NCBI GenBank assembly: GCA_020536535.1
Contig: JAHLWZ010000571.1
Span: 1 to 64,000 of the forward strand
From: Pelomyxa schiedti
Lineage: Eukaryota > Protista > Evosea
Direction: 5' to 3'
DNA length: 64,000 nt
Part shown: piece by piece, positions 1 to 13,527 of the stretch
How positions within the stretch are numbered: position 1 is the first letter of the stretch
How the letters are laid out: every line of letters starts with the position of its first letter
Notes under the pieces: generated by a model
What the model saw: the letters and a program-made list of their open reading frames with translations, nothing else
Databases searched by the model: none
What the model was told of the DNA's origin: nothing
Translations under genes and position numbers: made by a program

Positions 1-283
1 AAGTAATTACTGGTGCCTGTTGACCAAGAATGGGTATAAAAGAGAATTCTCCCCCACTTCACTACTTTTTCCCACATCACTTTATTCCAGTCCCAGTGAT
101 GGTGAACCCCCTTTCGTAAAACGGGCCCGCACAGTAAGAAAAAGAAAAAATCTTGTTCTTTCTTTTGGAAATCATCCCTCCTTCTTTTCCTTCTACTACT
201 CACCATCACAGTCTCAGTGGTCCCACTCTCAAGCGCAGTCACAAACTAACTCGCAGGTGTTGCTCAGTGAGCCACCCATGTTG

Positions 284-362
284 TGGAGGTTTTCCCCACG
301 TTAGGCACTACGAGGTCACTGCGTTCACTAAGCTGGTGGCCCATTTGACCCCTGAGGTTTCT
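284..362 (+). pseudogene. Decayed fragment paralogous to the NADAR-like exon at ~18990-19097
   Basis: ggaggttttccccacgtt...aagctggtggcccatttgacccctgaggtttct matches ggaggttttcccgcgtt...aaggtggtggcccatttggcccctgaggtttct (TKLVAHLTPEVS vs TKVVAHLAPEVS), with an internal deletion. Confidence 0.65.
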
Positions 363-590
363 CCTACGAGGAGCCCATTTCTTTCAAGCCGAAGGAGTGT
401 GTCTATCCAATCAGCGAGGGGTGATCAAAGTGCTTCACGACCTCAGTTTCGATCGCTGAGTGCACCATTGGGACTTCAGCCTTCTGGAAAATGACCAACT
501 TGGAAGTAGTTTCTGTAACAAACCCAAGTTACTTGGTTAACCCCCAGTGACAACCAAATTGACACAAAGCAGCACTGTCAACAAACAAAG

Positions 591-1729
591 ATGGACATGC
601 GCACGGTGGACGATTTTCACGCGATTGTTGTCACTTGCCAGTATCACCAACGTCAGGTTTGCTTTGCTCAGCTCACAATTCATTGAGAGTGCCGTGTTTT
701 TCTCGTTTTGTTCAGCTTTTTTCTTTTGGTTGCGTATTCCCACTTTTACTGTAAACACTCTTCGTTGCTTTCTTTGCTGCTCTACCATCACAAAACAGAG
801 AGGCAGATGCACTCTCGAAGGCGTTCGACAGAACTTGGCAGCACTTCGCGTGCCCTACTCGCAAGAGTGGATAACCGAAGTGTTAAATAGGTAAGCGTCA
901 ACAACAGAACGAAAAACTTAGCTTTCTGTTGAGGCAGTACTCTCTGTGCTACAACATATTTTTCACCAACCTAAACGCTGGATGGACCGCTGATGCAATT
1001 GCGAATTCGATGATTGATGGACAAATCAGTGATCCTAATGGTCCCTTTTTCTGCATGGAAACTGTACATGCAGTAAGAAGCCAGGTATTACTTGTAGTTA
1101 TGAAATTATTGCCCTGATAGAACCTTAGTACCAAATGACTACTCAAATTTCTCCACATTCAATATCTCCCCTCTTATTTACACCAGCAGCCTCCATCTCT
1201 TTCCCCTCTACTTACGCGCCAGTTGACCCACTGATGACTGCCATCACTACTCAGATTTCCCAAATATCTATTACACCAAACACCACTATTGTATCGCCGG
1301 TGCTCCCACCAAGTAAGCCATCAACTATAGGACCTCCACGGCCCACGCCTCCTCCCACCAAGAGGCCTTCAACTCCGCCTTCAACTCCTCCTCCAACTCC
1401 TCCAACCACTCCTTCTGTAAAACCAGTTGTAGAAGCATCCCCATCAACCTCACCAGCTCCATCATCCGGAAAGCTACTCCTCTCCGAACCCTCTGGGGAG
1501 TACTTCCCTATTCAACCTAGCCCAGGTGAGTATTTCAGGACTTGTCCTCATCATGAACGCGGATATTGCAGGCTTGTTAGATTTTATTCTTTTACTGAAT
1601 AACGTTCAATTAGATTTGTAAATTTAGGCCATCAACAATGTCCAGAGGGAGGCCATAGCTCAATTTCCACCCAAGTAATGAAAGCCACGTTGACACCTCT
1701 TGTAGAAAATACAGGTTTCACTTTTCTTG
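591..1729 (+). CDS. 5' part of a CCCH-finger PARP-family gene, paralog of 30407-32467, truncated by the assembly gap
   Basis: Spliced product MDMRTVDDFHAIVVTCQYHQRQ|RGRCTLEGVRQNL..., Pro-rich linker, CPHHERGYCR|FVNLGHQQCPEGGH; exons collinear with 30407-31542; ends at the N-run. Confidence 0.8.
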
Positions 1730-1869
1730 NNNNNNNNNNNNNNNNNNNNNNNNNNNNNNNNNNNNNNNNNNNNNNNNNNNNNNNNNNNNNNNNNNNNNNN
1801 NNNNNNNNNNNNNNNNNNNNNNNNNNNNNTTGTTTTGTTTTTGTGTGAATTTAGGAGGTGGGTGTGTGT

Positions 1870-3152
1870 GTGAAGAAAGGAGCAACGAGACAATACCTAA
1901 AGTGAGAGTGAAAGGTGACCCTGAGATGTGCTGCCACACCTTCTCTTTGTTGTTGTCGTTGTTAGAACTGCAACCTTTCTCCACCACACTGCCTGCTTGT
2001 GATGCTGCTCGTGGTGATGAGAATGAACCTTCAACAGCCAAAACCGCGTTGTCCATCACAACCTTTGGTTCCACATCCACAACAACACCCCTCAAATCTC
2101 CTCTTCTTCCTCCTGTTTCTGTGTCTGTTGCAATGTGAGTGAGTTGTGTCCTGTTTGTTTGTTTTGAACCTGCACAAGCAGCAGAATAATCAGAAGAACA
2201 ACCAATTGACACGATTGCAGCAGTTTGTGGTGTGACACTCACACGCCACTCAAGGTGCTGTGAACATGTCTCCAAGTCAACATCTGCAACGGGCTGGCCA
2301 CCAGTGTTCATCAACTGTGGTTGGGTGAGTGAGCGTTGACGTGTAATTCTCACCAACAACAACACTAACTCAAGTTGGCCACACCTTGATTGGGAGAGAA
2401 AGCCTCTGTCCAAGAACCAAAGTGGTTGAGAGATTCTCAATTTTCGATTTGCTGATGTCAACTTGATTTTTCTTTGTTTTAGACAGAGAAGAGAACGAAA
2501 GGCAAAACACACAAACCTTGGGTTGCAGTGACAAGGAAAGGGCAACCAGGGAGGGGAACCCACGATTCCATGTTTGGCCAAACAGCAGCCTCAACAATCA
2601 AGTGATATTTTCCACCATGTTGCAATGTGAACTCCACTTCGTCGGGCCTGTCACACATGGTGAAATTATGGCCGTTGGCTGACACATCACAAGCAGGAGC
2701 ATAGGAAGTGGTGGAGGAGGAGAGATTTGCAGTCGAATCAATGGGTCCATCAGCAGTGGAAACAACCCTGAATCTGGTTTGAATCACCTGTGGTGTGAGA
2801 ACACCAACGCTGCTGCTGGAACCTCGTCTTGTGTCATCGTCAGTGGGTACGATCGTTCCATCTGAAAGATTCATCTGGATTGATTGATTGTGTGTGAGTG
2901 TGCCGGCTCTGTTTTTACAATGGGAATTTGAAAACAAAATACACACAGTGAGGTGTATCTTGAATGGTTTTCCAACGGTGTGAAAGTGATGACTTCCCGA
3001 AAAAGGGAATCAGGGTGTCGGCCGTGAGCGACCCACAGAAGTCTGACAACTTCTGGGAATTCAATGACACGTGATGCTGTGCTGTGGGTCCACTGAATAC
3101 CTGGAATTCGTTGGAAGAACCTGGGCTTATAAGCAACGCACACTTTCACCAC
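1870..3152 (-). CDS. Hypothetical protein with filamin-like Ig repeats
   Basis: Repeat-terminal motifs WVPLPGCPFLVT and WQHISGSPFTLTL, plus GKYHLIV; multi-exon; ends uncertain and the gene may run into the gap. Confidence 0.45.
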
Positions 3153-3199
3153 ACCTCCACCAGATCAACTAAAATAAATAAACACTTTGTTTCCTCTTT

Positions 3200-5953
3200 A
3201 TCTTGCTTCAGTACGAACACATCCGTCACTCCCTGTCAGTATACTCACATCTGGAGGTGCGGTTCTGACAGACCTGAATCATGGTCTGGTGACACAGTTG
3301 CGTGACAAACACCCAAGTAGGAGCTGATACCACCCCTGGCAAGAGACAGGACCGCTGTGGTGGAGGACATAAGCACTACACAGAGTTGCCTGAGGCACTG
3401 GAGGGAACAAGGTGGAAAGCGCCAGCTATCTCCTTTCATGGTCTGACTAAGAAGCTGAGTGGAAACTACCTGCGGAATACAACCAGAATGAAGTTACCTG
3501 CATTGGGACAGGAGAACACCAGCGGCAGTTGGAATGACTGCTGGTTGTAGTTTTTCTTTCAGAAACCTGAGTTTCGGCAAGTATGAACTGTGGAGGGAAT
3601 TCTGCCGGCAATGGTTGCCCACTTTCATTACAAGGAACTGCAAGTTGTTGTTGGTTATCAACACACAATGACCAGCCGATTCTACCACATGTACTTGCAG
3701 TAACCTGCTCAGAGTTTGGCGTGATCCCGCATTGTAAGCGGCACTTGACGAATTACTGTGATGCAAAGCTGATCCTGCCTTGAGATGAGAGGTGCACAGT
3801 TTTGTGGTAGAAATTGCCACGTCAGGATTGATTTCTCTGTACTGGAATAAGTGGTGGAAGAGTGCGGTGGTGATAGCCAGGGCTGCTCCAAGAGAACTGG
3901 AGGTAACAGCCACGAGACTAGGAAAGGTCAAAAGAAGGAGAGGAAATTATCTTTACCTTTGCGAATTCCTAATGGAACCAAATTGTGGGAGTTCTTGGGG
4001 TTCCGGTAATAGAACAAGGACAGGATGAGAACCTAGATGCTGAACCGGTTGGCTGCGCATAGAGAAATGCGGCAAGACAGTGGATATTAGAAAGGATGCC
4101 TTACTATGCGAGCTTCGAGATGGAACAGCTGCGGCTTGGAATTGGAATTACAAGAAGACCAGCTGTAGCAGCACTCCGGCACTCATCCACAACTGCAAAG
4201 GGGATTAACTTGGTACTGGGTAGTTATTACATACATACAAAACCGCAAGTCACTCAAAGCCAACAGCAAATGCTGGGAAGGTAGACTGCCATGAGCAGTT
4301 GGTCCGCAGTGAGTAGTGTGGATGGGCTGTAGAAGTGAGGGAGAACACCCAGCAATGGGAAAAAGCAATGCGTCATGAGAATCTTCAAGTGTGAGCAATG
4401 AAGAAGAACCGGGAAGGACTGCCTGATAGTAAAATAATCAGAGCTCTGAATAAAGGTGACAGCTGGTAACAAGAAAGGCACTGTTGTTGGAGCAACAGCC
4501 AGGACAGCTGTTCACGAGAAAGGCACTGTTGTTGGAGCAACAGCCGGGAAGACTGGTAACAAAGTCAGTCTCCTGGGCCACCACCACTAAAGATTGGCGG
4601 TGGTTTGCAATGCTGGTAACGAAGTGACAGCATAAGCTGGTAACGGATGACAGCAAAGGCTGGTAACGAAGTGACAGCCAATGACTGGTAACAGGACAGT
4701 CAATCAGAGCAGTCCATAATGCAACTGGTAACAGGGCAGTTGCAAAAACCTAAAACTTCATTAGCTCACACAAGAAAACTTCTCTAACATACCCGCTAAT
4801 TAAGATAAAAGTACAAAAGAAGAGACCGTTACAAGGAACAGCATAGACCTAGCAACGAGCCTATATACTGTGACAATGTCACACCAAAACCACGGGAGTT
4901 ACAGCATACACTGCAGCAACTGGTGGCATCAAGATTCGTCTACAGTGAAATGAGTCATTACAGCAAGACGGAAGGAGAAAAAACCTGGAATGCCATGGGA
5001 CTCAGAAAAGCCACCAGAGTAAGTTCAGCAGATGGCAATACAGAAGGCTTGTACAATTACTTGAGAGATGCGGCTGGGAAAGAATGAGTTGACAAACACT
5101 GGCAATGAGGCATACCCATGAGAGTTGCACAAATACAATCAACTCACAAGGCACTGTAAGCATGACCAAATGCAAGGCCAGAGAGCAAAATATCAAGGAA
5201 TCCCAGCGATTAAGTTGCGAAAGTGATGTTCTGCCAAGTCCTTGATATTCAATATCCTGAAGTTGGATCACAGTCAATTGTATTGGTCTGCAATGCAATG
5301 CTTGCCATCTCATGTTTGTGGAAAGGGAATATCCCTGTGGTGCTCTGAGTATCTTATCGCTCGGCTTATGTGTCACGAGTTTTGGTGATTAATCACTTCG
5401 ATCTGCCATCGGGAGTCCCCAGTCCAATCCCCAAGTAGGAGTGGCGGTCTATGTTCCAAAGGATCACCTCAGGAAGGCCAGAACTGAGTACCAGCGATTT
5501 GTGCATCTGGAAGTTGTGTGAAAACTGAACCGGGTGTTAAAGGACACTATCACATGTTTTCCTTCCAAAAAATGCAACATCGATTTACAGTTTTGCCTTG
5601 ACAGAGTGAAAAGGATGAAAAATAGTAATAGCACAAGTCAAACAGCAAAGGGACTGCCTTCAGAAAGAAAAGGTCCAGGAAGCAGCGAAAAGATACAGGG
5701 TTGTGAAACAATGTACTGGCAGACCAAACCCCATGATGGTGAAGATAATTTTGGGGCTCATTCCACTTTGTATCATCTGTTGTGGTGTTTGGTTTCTCTG
5801 CCATAGGAATATAGGGGATCTTGCTTTTGGTGTTAGTCAACCACAAGAGGGTTGTGATGTCAAAATACAATGGCAGCATGGCAGCCCTTGACAAATAACG
5901 CACGCCAATACCATGTCAGTGTAGTGGGAAAAGGATAAAAAAAAAAAAAAAAA
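3200..5953 (+). mobile_element. Possible highly decayed retroelement remnant ending in a poly(A) tract
   Basis: No coherent gene; internal repeats; A-run at ~5937-5953; weak T-x-x-H-L-L-x-C motif (STLYHLLWC) reminiscent of LINE ORF2 C-termini; no RT motif found. Confidence 0.25.
4458..4740 (+). repeat. Degenerate tandem repeats (ctggtaac core; ~45-bp direct repeat)
   Basis: agaaaggcactgttgttggagcaacagcc occurs twice, gctggtaacgaagtgacagc twice, and ctggtaac about 7 times. Confidence 0.75.
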
Positions 5954-8719
5954 GTACAAGGATAAAGGGGTGAAGGGGCACACGGCAGACCCCTAAATCA
6001 ACCCCAAGTTTCTGAATAACTTGCAGCAAGTATCCTGGGAATATCGTCTGAACTATTGGATGTGATGCCACTTGTGGAAACATATGATACAATCGAAATT
6101 CAACTTGTACAATGTAACATCAAACAATGCTTTTGGTATTGCAGAGAAACAATAAGAAAACTGAAACCTGGAGTTAGCGACATTTGACACACGGTCTGTG
6201 CCTATACCGAGCAATTTTGTCGGTTGCAAGAGACTGCAAGGTTTTCCTTGTCTTGGTTTTTCATCAGGGAAAATATGGGCTCTTGTAGAAGCAGATGTTG
6301 CAGCCGCTCACCTGAGCTCATCACCGATTAAGCAGGAGATGGGTGGCATCCGGAGCCACTCGGCCCTCCAAGCGGGACTGAGGCCCCACCCGAGTTAAGC
6401 TGACAACTACGAACACGAGAACGAAGCCGAGGAAGAGGAAGCACAAGGAAGGCGGCCCCGTTTGGGTTACACTAGGCCTCAAATGTTTCAAATGCGACCG
6501 ATCTGCCACCAGCGTCGCGCCACTGTTGTTCGAGTCTGGTAACATGGGAGGAGAAGCGCAGCGAGTGACCACGAAGGGGAGGGAGGATGAACGACGAACC
6601 ACCACTACAGCGCTTGACTATTATGGGATGCCGTTTCAGCCACCACTGGGCACACAGGCACGACAAAAAATCGTTTGATTTTGATTTTTCTGCGCCGAGC
6701 TTTTTTTAGCGTTAATTCACGAAGTTTCAAGTGCTACGAGGTTGTTCGGTAGTCGACGATGACGTGCAGAGGCAAGCACCGAGTGGGTTACCTGCCCCGC
6801 AACGATGTACCGTTCTCTTGGTGTTTCGAAACGCCCACGACAACCTCCAGGGTGGTAATATGCTATGCTGACGGTTGCTGCACTCACCCTTGGGTCTCCA
6901 TATTCAGCCAGTTCTGGACAAGTCACAATGTCTCATGCGAGGAGAACTACCTGAGAACTTGAGAGCCTACATAGATAGCTATTCTCTCCATCTGCCGCCA
7001 CGGACTGCACTAACTCAAGCGGAATTGCAAATTATTCTGGAGGTCATATTGAGGTGTATGCAAGCCGTAATCAGGCTGGACACTCACATAATCCTGAGGA
7101 GGAAACAAGACGGCTCTAACCTTTCTTTTCATGATTAGTAGTTTCTCCATATCGAATTGAAAGGTTACCTGCAGTTGGCCTTCAAACTGACAAACAAGTT
7201 CTTTGTTTCCAGGCAGCAATGCAGTCGATCTTCTTTTTTTGATGCCTGATGCAGATGAATACCAACGCCACACATGGTGAGTCCCAGGAGGAATAGAACC
7301 CAATGCAGATATAAGGAAATTTTTCAGGAGGGCTGATTCTGAAAATGGAGTCAGGAAACTATGTGGAAATCGCACTCTAATTGTAGATGAACCTTCACTT
7401 CCTTCAAACTCAATGAGTAATAACAGTAGTAAATTCGCACTTACCACTCATATCGGTTCCAGAAATAATCTCAGTGATCTTCGCCATGTAAGGAATCATC
7501 TTACAGCAAGTGGAGAAAGAGATAAATAACGCAGTCCAAGCTTAGCATTCAGTCAAGCTGTAAGGAGAATACCCAGATGAGCTGCTATGATGAGACTGTT
7601 TCTAATAATTCCAAGCAAATTTGTAAGAGTTTATTCCTATTGGGCCAAGTAAGATGCATGAAGGGCAACCACTCAGCACATACTTCTAGTTTTTTTTTTT
7701 TACAAGCACAGAGATCAGGGCAGTATCCTGAAGCCATCATTACCAGGAGCGTTCTGTAATCTCAGAAGTGCTGAAGCAACGATGTGGGAGCCCGGCACCA
7801 CAGGATTCCCCCTATAACGACGTATTCTCTTGGTTAAGGAAGCAGTGCACCCATAAGTACAACTCAAAGTAATTTATGAAGTACTTATGGTCACCAATTA
7901 GGGCAATCCACGGGTCAAACCCCAAAAAAGGTTGCAAAGAACATTGCATTGAAGTGATGTAAGTCCACAACTATGGCTTTCAATCAGTGTCTCAATGACT
8001 CTTTACCTTTATTTGGCTTCGTTGCACAATGGCAAGAAACCAGGTTTTTGTTGGGGGGTGTTTTTCCCAACAAAACCCCGATTTTTCTCCCACCAACTCT
8101 GTTCCCACACTACCCACAGGCACCTTTCCCACTGTTGTGCATGGGAGAACGTTGTGTTCTTCAGTTCTCCCCATTTGTGCTTACTATAGTCTGAGGTGTT
8201 TCCTTGTGGCACGGATCGTGTTAGTGAAACAAACTGTGTTGTTTCCAGCCAGTAAAAAACTCCGTCACCCAACTTGGTATCCCCAGTAAAACACAACACA
8301 AAGCCACAACAGTTGCCACAAACGACCAGTGACTGATGGTGCCGCGCATATCTGTAGGCCAGGGGCAGTCATTTTACATAGAGGAAAAACCACATGATGT
8401 AATTTAGGGTCATGCGACACTTTGTATCCTGCAGTCAAAAACACCAACCATAGGTCCCACATAGTGTTTAAACAGCCCAAAAAAGTGTTTCCCCGCAGTT
8501 TCCATGCTACATTGCGCACTACAAGCCCCTCAGACCCAGCGGGCATCAGTTCTCAGAAAAAAACTCCTAGACAGAGGGTGGAGGCAGGGGTGCAGCGGGC
8601 GGGCGAGGGCCGCAACCCGCGGGTTGTCGCTGGGAAGCTGAGGAACAACCTGGGCAACACCGCCACGCAGGGCAAGGGGCTCCGGCGCGGACCGAATCGA
8701 AACCAATGACACAGCAACA

Positions 8720-9475
8720 GCCAGGGAGGGTCGCCATAGACGTCCTCCCACCACATCCCGTCGATTGCATCGCTGATAAGCTGCAACATGTGGTTTTCGT
8801 TAACGGACAGCGACATTACAGCGCTTTTTGCGCCGCACCTAACGTGTGTCCCGCGTACAAAAGCAAACAGTCTCTCGCGGTTCCGCACTTTGTAACCTTT
8901 CTTTAGCGTGACCGTTGGTTGTTGTGGTTGTTGTGGCGGTGGTGGTTGAGGTGTGGGTCGTCATGTTGCCCATTTCATTGAAACACTGTAAGTGAGAACA
9001 CCGGTGTATTGAGAATCACCAAGAATACTTCTTTGGTTTGATAAGCCTCTCGTTCCCATTTGAGGTGTGTGTGTGATAGTGTCTGTGGTACAACGGCGGG
9101 GGATTCAAGGAAAGGCCGTTCCTGATGATTCTCGGAACTTGCTCTCTGACAGGTTGGGGCCAGTCTGGAGTCTCTGTTGAGTTTACTTGACACCTTCTGT
9201 GCCAATGACAAACTGAGTTAGATCAGGAAGTGGATGTGTTGTGGTGCCACACAAGAGATATATTTCTACCAAATCCTTCATCATCAACCAGCAACCTTCC
9301 GTAGGTCACCGTGCACATCCTCATTCCACATGGCATCGAGCACCTCGCCAATATTCACAATGATGTCGTTGAGTCGACAGCCAAGAGGCATCACCGCGCC
9401 GTTGGCACCACATCTGACGTGTGTCCCGCAAACAAAAACAAACAACGGTGCACGAACTTGGTACAGCCTCCGCAC
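8720..9475 (-). repeat. Tandemly duplicated short coding segment
   Basis: LFAFVRGTHVRCGAKSAVM...DAIDGMWWEDVYGD (8720-8888) vs LFVFVCGTHVRCGANGAVM...VLDAMWNEDVHGD (9284-9475). Confidence 0.7.
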
Positions 9476-9569
9476 AACTACAGTGGTATTTGCTGGTCTT
9501 CGTCACTTGTGATGCTCCTTGAAAAAAACTTTTCCGAGATTAATTTTGCTTAGTCTTGTGCACACTTTC

Positions 9570-11599
9570 ATGTTTGTGGTTGTTACTACAGTACTTGCTA
9601 TTGGTGGTCTGGTTTGCTGGTGTTGGTTACGCGGTACAAGGAGGAAATGTGGTTGTGGCACTAGGGTTGTCGGGAAGTGGTCCGTGATGCCGTCATGGTC
9701 GTCCCTGAATAATAATACCGCTGGAATAAGCTGCCAAGATGGAAGAAGTGGTGAGGAGGTTGTTGTTGGACAAGACGTTGTGATGGCGAGCGAACAGGGG
9801 TCGCTCATGCGGCTGTGTTTCAGGTTCAATGGGATCGCGTGTGGTGAGAGCATGGCATCGTCACTTCAGGCTCTGGTTGACAGACACCCTCAGATGTGTG
9901 GCTCCTTCACGTGGTCAAAAAGAGGTATTGTGTTTATTGTACTTTCTTTTTCTACCCCGTGAACACTACTATGAAGCGCTTGACGATTACTAAATGTCAT
10001 TATGGGTTATAACCAGGTTTTCCCTTTTTTCAAATCGCACAGACAACAAGAAGGTTCTTGAATTGGTGTGGGGAGGCAAGGACTTCAAGTGGTCTCCCGT
10101 CATGTTTACTGTTTCAGAATCACCAAATAAATGCCCACCTTGCACCCGTCACCATGTGTGGCAGCATGTGCCATCATTTCCCCGAGGGTGTTTCATGGCT
10201 GTCCACCTGGTGAACTTCACTGGTTCCAAATGTTCCCTCATGCTGGTTGTGATCAGCCATACCTTCACCGACGCTGCTGGCGTGCGTATTCCCCCTTCTC
10301 TCTCAAGCCGTTCCCACAATACAACAGTGGATGAACTTATTTGCCGAGTGGTCTGGATTGTGCCAGGGCAGTGAACATGTTCCTGGCCGCCAATTGACAT
10401 TCACTCGATTCCCAAATATTCTTCTCAGTGAAATTGAATGCACGGAGGTGGAAAAACGCGCTGGGTACAGTAAACCCCATACACAAAAAGACCTCAAGGC
10501 TTTATGGTCACACTGGATGAATTGGTCTCCTCTCTCCTCAATTTTTGCTCACCTGTTATGGTAATGTTCCCTCTGCAGTACCAATTTTAAGTACTCCTCA
10601 TCAAAAGCGCTGCCCCAAAGATGATCTACGAGTATGTATTTTCACAGGAAACAGTTTTCCGATTCAACAGTGACTCTTTGGAAGGTAGTATGTTCTATCC
10701 ATTTAATAGGCTAACGTTGAGTCTCTTCCTTTCATCAAGAATTGACGACGAAGTGTGACAACAACAAGTGTACGAAAAATAGCGTGCTCTACGCTCTGAT
10801 TATTAGCTCGCTTCATCTTCTCTCCCCACACATCTCACGAAAACGCGGAGGGACTGGTGTGGTTATGCTGTTCGATTTACGTGGAGACAGGTTGTCAATG
10901 ACTTTTCATTTGGTGTCACTAATTTGATGAAAGGTGTGGAACGTCAGTTCCAAAGGAATTTGTGGGTAATTCTCACCTGAATCTGCGCATGTGGATTCCA
11001 ATCGAAACTCTGGACTGTGCTGCAGATGCACTGAAAACGGAAGGCCCTCGGGGGTGTGTGGGAGTCCTTGCACCTCTATTTCAGTCTTGGCTGCAGAAAC
11101 AAATGGTTGGAACAACCGGTGTTGAGCAACTCTGTTGGTTCAGCCGGTAAAGTACTCAAATTTATTTAAATATTAAAAATTAAAACAGAGTGCACCACCT
11201 CGGACTGGATGACAAGCTTGGGATTGGTGCTGCTGGTGTTATGTGAGTTTACTCTCCTTTCTCCCTTTTTCTCACATGGCTTTCAGTTTAGATGGTGATG
11301 CCTTTCTTGACAGTGTGAGCACTTGGGATTTTTTCCACTGTGGATTTAAGGGAACTAACCTGGCCAATTCTGCTCATGCACTGGACACAACACCACCACT
11401 TCTTCAAGACAACAGCCACCAACAACCATCAGTTGTTACACCCATTGAAGTGTGCCTTCCCATGACTAGAATTGGGCTTTCATTCTTCATCCTTCCAGCC
11501 AATCCAAAAGGTGACAGGGATGTTTACTTGACACGGCCCAAGGTGCATATTAACTCTCTTACAACGTTGTGGTCTGCATTTGCATCGAAACTATACTAA
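9570..11599 (+). CDS. CoA-dependent acyltransferase (HxxxD, BAHD/condensation-like) with N-terminal membrane anchor
   Basis: Hydrophobic N-terminus; ISHTFTDAAG HxxxD motif; C-terminal STWDFFHCGF resembling the DFGWG region; multiple GT-AG introns. Confidence 0.6.
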
Positions 11600-11703
11600 A
11601 CAAAATAGAAACTGTACCGAGATTTATTCAGATTGTTGCATAAAGTTCAGCACTGTGTGGTGCATTGTGCGGAAGTAATCTTCAAAGTAGCCCACTGCAT
11701 GTA

Positions 11704-12135
11704 TTACGAGGAGGTGCTGAGTTGTATGTCATCCTTCCTTCCATGGTCAGGTGGTAATGTGGGTTGACGCAACAGCCAAATTCCTGTGACGGCGTCACAC
11801 AAGTCAATGTAGTGCTTGTGCTGGATGGCAACGCACCCATTTGCAGCACAGAGGTTCAAGTTGAAGCCCGGGAATACACGCACAGGGTGAGCCAAGTCCT
11901 CCGTCGAGAACACGAGGCACTCAGTTACATGCCTGTGTGGATCGTACCACCGTTGGTACGAGGGCCTGACAAGCTCAGCGAAATGAGTGGCATCAATCTT
12001 GCGGAACTGTGAGTTTCGGCGTTCTGATGTGTGCAGCAGCACTCTGTTTGGCCTCAGTGCCCAGACGGTCTCCTCGTTGTTACAATGGTCAGCATGCAGT
12101 ACAATCAGTGTATGCTCTGACGAGCGTAGAACCAT
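11704..12135 (-). pseudogene. C-terminal half of a lineage-specific family protein, inverted relative to its N-terminal half
   Basis: VFSTEDLAHPVRVF...LCDAVTGIWLL matches the C-termini of paralogs at 54462-55341 (VFSTDDLAHPCNVI...IIDAATG) and 42318-43670 (IDAMSG). Confidence 0.55.
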
Positions 12136-12690
12136 GTTTTCAGGGTGGCCTCGTCTCAGTCCCCCAGCCCACATCATCAGAGCACAACACCAGATCTGCG
12201 CCCTGCTCACGTGCCACTATGTTCCCCGTCGCCGTTGTGGTCCATCCAGCCTCGTGAGCCTCGTGCCCGCACAAGTGATACGGGACGAAATTGGAGCACA
12301 GTGGGTGATGCGCGTGGAGAGGCGAGTCGTGATTGAGGGCAGAGATCTGGTGACGGTCGCCGAATTGTGGGACGCCGAGCTGTATCGGGACAAGGAATGC
12401 GAGCTGCAGCAGATGATGTTTGTTGGGATTTCCGCGACGCTGGGCGTTGTAGAGCTCTGGGGCCGCGGGAGGGTGAACTCTGCATTCATATCTGGCGCGA
12501 TGATCCGCGACAGCGGGTGGGTCGCCAAGGGCTGGGCGGCGGGGTCGCCGATTGGCTGGGGAGTTGCGATCCCATTCGCGGACTTTGTGAACATGAGGGT
12601 GTATGAGGCAAGGGCAGAGGGCTGGGGGGGCTCCGAGGTGGTCGTGTGCAAAGGCGGGAAGTGGGTAACTGTGTGGAAGAGCCCTCCCTC
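12134..12690 (+). pseudogene. N-terminal half of a lineage-specific family protein
   Basis: RAQHQICALL...RCGPSS...VGISATLGVV...GKWV matches the N-terminus of the 42318 paralog (RNQFAALL..RCGAAS..VTLGVV..SKWV). Confidence 0.55.
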
Positions 12691-13527
12691 GCACGTTACT
12701 TTTTTTTTGGGGTTGAGCTCTTTCCTGTTCACTCGCCGTTACTGGGGAAATCACTGTTGTTTTCTTTTCCTCCGCCTGCTAATATGCTTAAATTCAGCGG
12801 GTAGCCTCGTTCATTTCTCTCAGAAATTATGATAGCAGTACTAATGGCCGGTCTGATTGATTCCTTTCTTTCACTCTGTCCACACGATCTTATAAACAAT
12901 TCAGTCAGGGCAATGCTGTCAAAGTGGCCGGTTTCCAGTTTGCCAACACAAAATTGTCTTCATAACACAGAATAGCAACAATTTCAAAGTTTGGGGTAGG
13001 TGGAATCTCATGAGCTTTGCACGAAAAAAAAGCCTTTATCCCTGGTTTGCCACTGCCACACACCCAGTCACCAGACACAGCACTTCTCCTCCTTCAGGTC
13101 CCACGAACACCCCCGAGCGGTTCGCAACGCCGAAACATACAATTGTGCCTCCCGTGGATGACTACCCTCCTCTCCGTGCGATATCTTGCGCGACGAAGGG
13201 CGGGAGGACCCTCGCGGGGCAGCGCCGCGAGCTGGCCGCGGGCAGAGAGAATGTGCTCGGGGGGCAACAGGGGCACGACGCACGCCAATCGGGGGGTCCC
13301 TGCGTCGAAGTGATGCTTGTTGTTGTCGATCCTCACACACCTTTTCATTGACTCCTAACGCGAAATTAATCTGAAACGAACAAGTAGATGGGATTAGTTG
13401 TGGTAGTACCCCTCCAGGTTCGGAGTCAGTACTCAGTCCCGTTTGAACAAGTCAAGTTGTGCTTTTTCACCCAATTTGGCTGCAGAAACCCAAGTATAAA
13501 ACCACAAGCAACACACAAACTTCAGAA

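Noticed and set aside
4458-4740. Spaced repeats as a possible CRISPR-like array
   Set aside because: Units are irregular and degenerate, spacers are related to one another, there are no cas genes, and the context is eukaryotic.
6000-8250. Several short ORFs on both strands
   Set aside because: No recognisable motifs or consistent splice model; possibly gene relics.
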